From the NCBI RefSeq assembly GCF_000315625.1, contig NW_005434546.1, positions 9,677-44,639 on the forward strand: a stretch of DNA of 34,963 nt, written 5' to 3'. A model generated the notes under the pieces. The model was not told where the DNA came from, did not search any database, and saw only the letters and a list, made by a program, of their open reading frames with translations. A program made the position numbers and the translations under genes. Within the stretch, counting starts at the first letter, position 1. Each line of letters begins with the position of its first letter. Source of the stretch: Guillardia theta CCMP2712 (Eukaryota; Protista; Cryptophyta). Positions 32,098 to 34,963 of this stretch are shown here, one piece after another.

Positions 32098-34832
32098 TCA
32101 CTCAAGCTTCATGGTCTTGCAGCATCTCCGCATCCTTCGCCTCATTCTCGCCTCGCAAATGTTTCTAGCCGACCATGAATGCTGAGCAATGCCCTGAGAG
32201 AACGTCACCATCCTCCTGCATGGCGGCAGCAAGTCGCTTGTCACCTCATCGTCTCCTCATTGCGGTCTCTCAGGGTCGAAATCTCCTTCCTCACCTCCGA
32301 CATGAAGTTCTCGAACGCCTCGTTGGTCGCCTCCTGCGCCGAGCTCTCGCTGATCTGCTTCTCCATGGACTGCCTTCTCTGCTCGGCAGCAAAGACTCCT
32401 GATGATCGAGAACGGTGAGAAGGAGGGCCAGGAGGGAGGAGGCGAGGGGGAAGGAAGTCGGGTGACAAGAGGAGGAGGAAGAAGAGAAGGATGAGAAGGA
32501 GGGAGAAACACAAAGATGAGGAGGAAGATGAAGGAAAAATCCAATTTTCTTACCGACGGGGAAGAATCCTGTATTGTTGGCGACGATACTTCGGATGACA
32601 CTGGCAAGACATCAGCAGGAAATCAGCAGGAGATCAAGAGGGTGGAGGTAGAGACCTTCTCTCCGTCCCGTTGTAGTCGGCAGGGTCCTTGTCCAGGAGG
32701 TGCTTGAGGTACAGCAGGTACCGTATTGCGTACTTCCCTCCCCTCCTCGTCTCCCACTCTCCAGCATACTTGCTGTGTACCCAGTCAGTGCTCGAGCTCC
32801 TGACCCTCCTCCACCCCTCCACTCCCGGTCTTGGAGACCCCTGTTTCATCCTATCCCTATCACTATAGCCGACATGCGCTTGTCATTGTCAGCGCTGTCC
32901 CTCTCTGCCACCAATCTTCGTCTTCGTTCTTATCCCCAAAAACATCTTCCACATTATGCCATCATCTTCGTCCTCGTCCTCGTCCTCGTCCTCCTCGTCC
33001 TCGTCCTCGTGCCCTCTCCCCATCCTCGCACCCCATCCTCCTCCTCCTCCATCACCTGAACCGGTGACGCTCCAGCCCTGTCACGAAGCACTTCGACTCC
33101 AACTCAAGGGTGGCGGCTGTGGCCTTGCTGCGAATCTCCGCAAACGCGTCGAAGATTTGACCCTGCATGACCGGCTGGAGAAGCATGTTCCAGAACACGA
33201 GCCCTACTAGCACGTAGATAGTCCTCCACTGGTACCAGAGGTCCTCCCAGACGACGAGAGGAGGATAGGTCCACATGCTGAACTGACCGAGGACCTGGAG
33301 GAAGCGAGGTTCAGGTGATGGNNNNNNNNNNNNNNNNNNNNNNNNNNNNNNNNNNNNNNNNNNNNNNNNNNNNNNNNNNNNNNNNNNNNNNNNNNNNNNN
33401 NNNNNNNNNNNNNNNNNNNNNNNNNNNNNNNNNNNNNNNNNNNNNNNNNNNNNNNNNNNNNNNNNNNNNNNNNNNNNNNNNNNNNNNNNNNNNNNNNNNN
33501 NNNNNNNNNNNNNNNNNNNNNNNNNNNNNNNNNNNNNNNNNNNNNNNNNNNNNNNNNNNNNNNNNNNNNNNNNNNNNNNNNNNNNNNNNNNNNNNNNNNN
33601 NNNNNNNNNNNNNNNNNNNNNNNNNNNNNNNNNNNNNNNNNNNNNNNNNNNNNNNNNNNNNNNNNNNNNNNNNNNNNNNNNNNNNNNNNNNNNNNNNNNN
33701 NAAGTGAGTTACAAGTGATCTCAACTCACCGTGGTGATGTCTCCTCTGAAAGAGTCGTAGATGTGTTTTGACACGCACTGAAAGGTAGCACGTGAGGAAA
33801 ACAACAAAAGGGGACTAGGTGGAGAGGTCACAGAGAAAGATTCAACAGGCAAGCAAACAAGAGCGAGAAAACAGTAAAAAGAACAAAGCAAACAAAACTT
33901 CTGAATACAACAGAGACACAAGAAAAGACAAGTCCTATGGAGGAAGAAGTTGAGACCTGAAAGGGACTGTGGCAAGACTCGTCCTCAATAATGGCCGTCT
34001 GTGAGAAGTAGGCGTATGTATAAACCCCTGAAGCAATGAGGAACAAAACTCCAACAGTAAACGATCGGAGCTGCTCGGGTTGTTAGCCACATCCCGCACA
34101 ACACACTTGCTCTTTTCTCACCAGGTTCGGAGCTCCGACGTACAAGCTCTTGAGCACAACACGACCTCCTGTTCATCCATGAGATGAGTTTTGCTCAAGC
34201 TATACGGGAAGAGAGCGAGAGCGAGAGCGAGAGCGAGAGCGAGGATGAGAGGGAGAGAGGGAGAGAGGGAGAGGGAGAGGAAGAGGGTTAGGGTGGGAGA
34301 GAGAGGAAGAGGGAGAGGATGGGGGAGGGAGAGGAAGAGGGTGAGGGTGAGCGAGAGCGAGGATGGCCGGGAGAGGCAAGACAGGAGGGTCACCGCTCAT
34401 GCGCAGATAGTCCATCATGCTAGCGACGTAGTAGAGAGGAGAGGACAGGAGGCCGAGGAGGGAGATGATGACGAGAGCCGTCTGGTACAGCCCCGGCCAG
34501 CACCTCATGGCAACTCGGTACCAGGTGAACGAGTCCCCGGCGCTGACGAACTTGTTGGCCGCCAGCTCGGGAGGAGGAGGCATGCTCTCAAGGTACCTCC
34601 TCCCCCTCTGCCGCAACTTTGCGGCGCCTCCCTCGGCTGACTGCGCGTCCTGAGCTGGGGTGATCTTGCTGTCGAGGTCAAAGGAGATTGGGATGCGGCT
34701 GAACAGGATGTCACGGGCCCTCGTGCTGGGGGCCTCGAGGCCCAGCTCGTTGGTTCCCTTGGACTGGTTCCAGAGCTCCAGGGGAAAGTCCAGGACGATG
34801 TAGGCGAGGAGGTTCAGGATGGATAAGAGCAC
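32098..34832 (-). CDS. 3' part of an IP3-receptor/ryanodine-receptor-like channel (TM region, pore, C-terminal coiled coil); 5' part outside the window
   Basis: Spliced: LYQTALVIISLLGLLSSPLYYVASMMDYLRMSG|GRVVLKSLYVGAPNL|LRSFTVGVLFLIASGVYTYAYFSQ..CHSPFQ|CVSKHIYDSFRGDITT|VLGQFSMW..WRTIYVLVGLVFWNMLLQPVMQGQIFDAFAEIR..LESKCFVTGLERHRF|..YLLYLKHLLDKDPADYNGTERS|VIRSIVANNTGFFPVG. This parallels the IP3R/RyR motifs G.IID.F..LR, KCFICG, and KD.T.Y.G.E..V..WFP. Confidence 0.85.
33322..33701. other. Assembly gap (380 N), apparently intronic
   Basis: Run of N; the flanking exons join in phase 0. Confidence 1.
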
Positions 34833-34852
34833 CTGAAGAGGATGTGAGTGTA

Positions 34853-34963
34853 GGAGGGAGGAGGGAGGAGGGAGGAGGGAGGAGGGAGGAGGGAGGAGGG
34901 AGGAGGGAGGAGGGAGGAGGGAGGAGGGAGGAGGGAGGAGGGAGGAGGGAGGAGGGAGGAGGG
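34853..34963 (+). repeat. (GGAGGGA)n heptamer repeat, intronic
   Basis: Direct reading. Confidence 0.9.

Noticed and set aside
8398-34832. Functional cluster of ER genes (PDI, GET2-like, CDGSH, IP3R-like)
   Set aside because: Interspersed with unrelated genes and repeats, on mixed strands, with no evidence of co-regulation; likely chance.

Overview
Intron-rich eukaryotic nuclear DNA from a draft assembly, with three N-gaps. The mix of ~40-65 nt introns and long introns filled with purine/pyrimidine microsatellites resembles a cryptophyte such as Guillardia theta (inference from sequence style only). Most ORF-track entries are artefacts of triplet/hexamer repeats, so I spliced the genes by hand. 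Left to right: the 3' end of an AT-hook protein (+); a C2 + PH-like + coiled-coil protein (-); an ERp57-like protein disulfide isomerase (+); a very large IPT/TIG-PDZ-MORN-ankyrin-like-RPGRIP1-type C2 protein (-); a head-to-head GET2/CAML-like gene (+); a double-CDGSH Fe-S protein (-); a solo LTR with a perfect 5-bp target-site duplication; a low-complexity ORF with an internal duplication (-); an Endonuclease I-family nuclease with a complete cold-shock domain inserted in its catalytic domain (-), which is the top finding and is invisible in the ORF track; a 15-bp minisatellite; and the 3' part of an IP3/ryanodine-receptor-like channel with a non-canonical pore (-). GC-rich intergenic islands share a 14-17 bp motif. 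All exon structures are manual predictions without transcript support.
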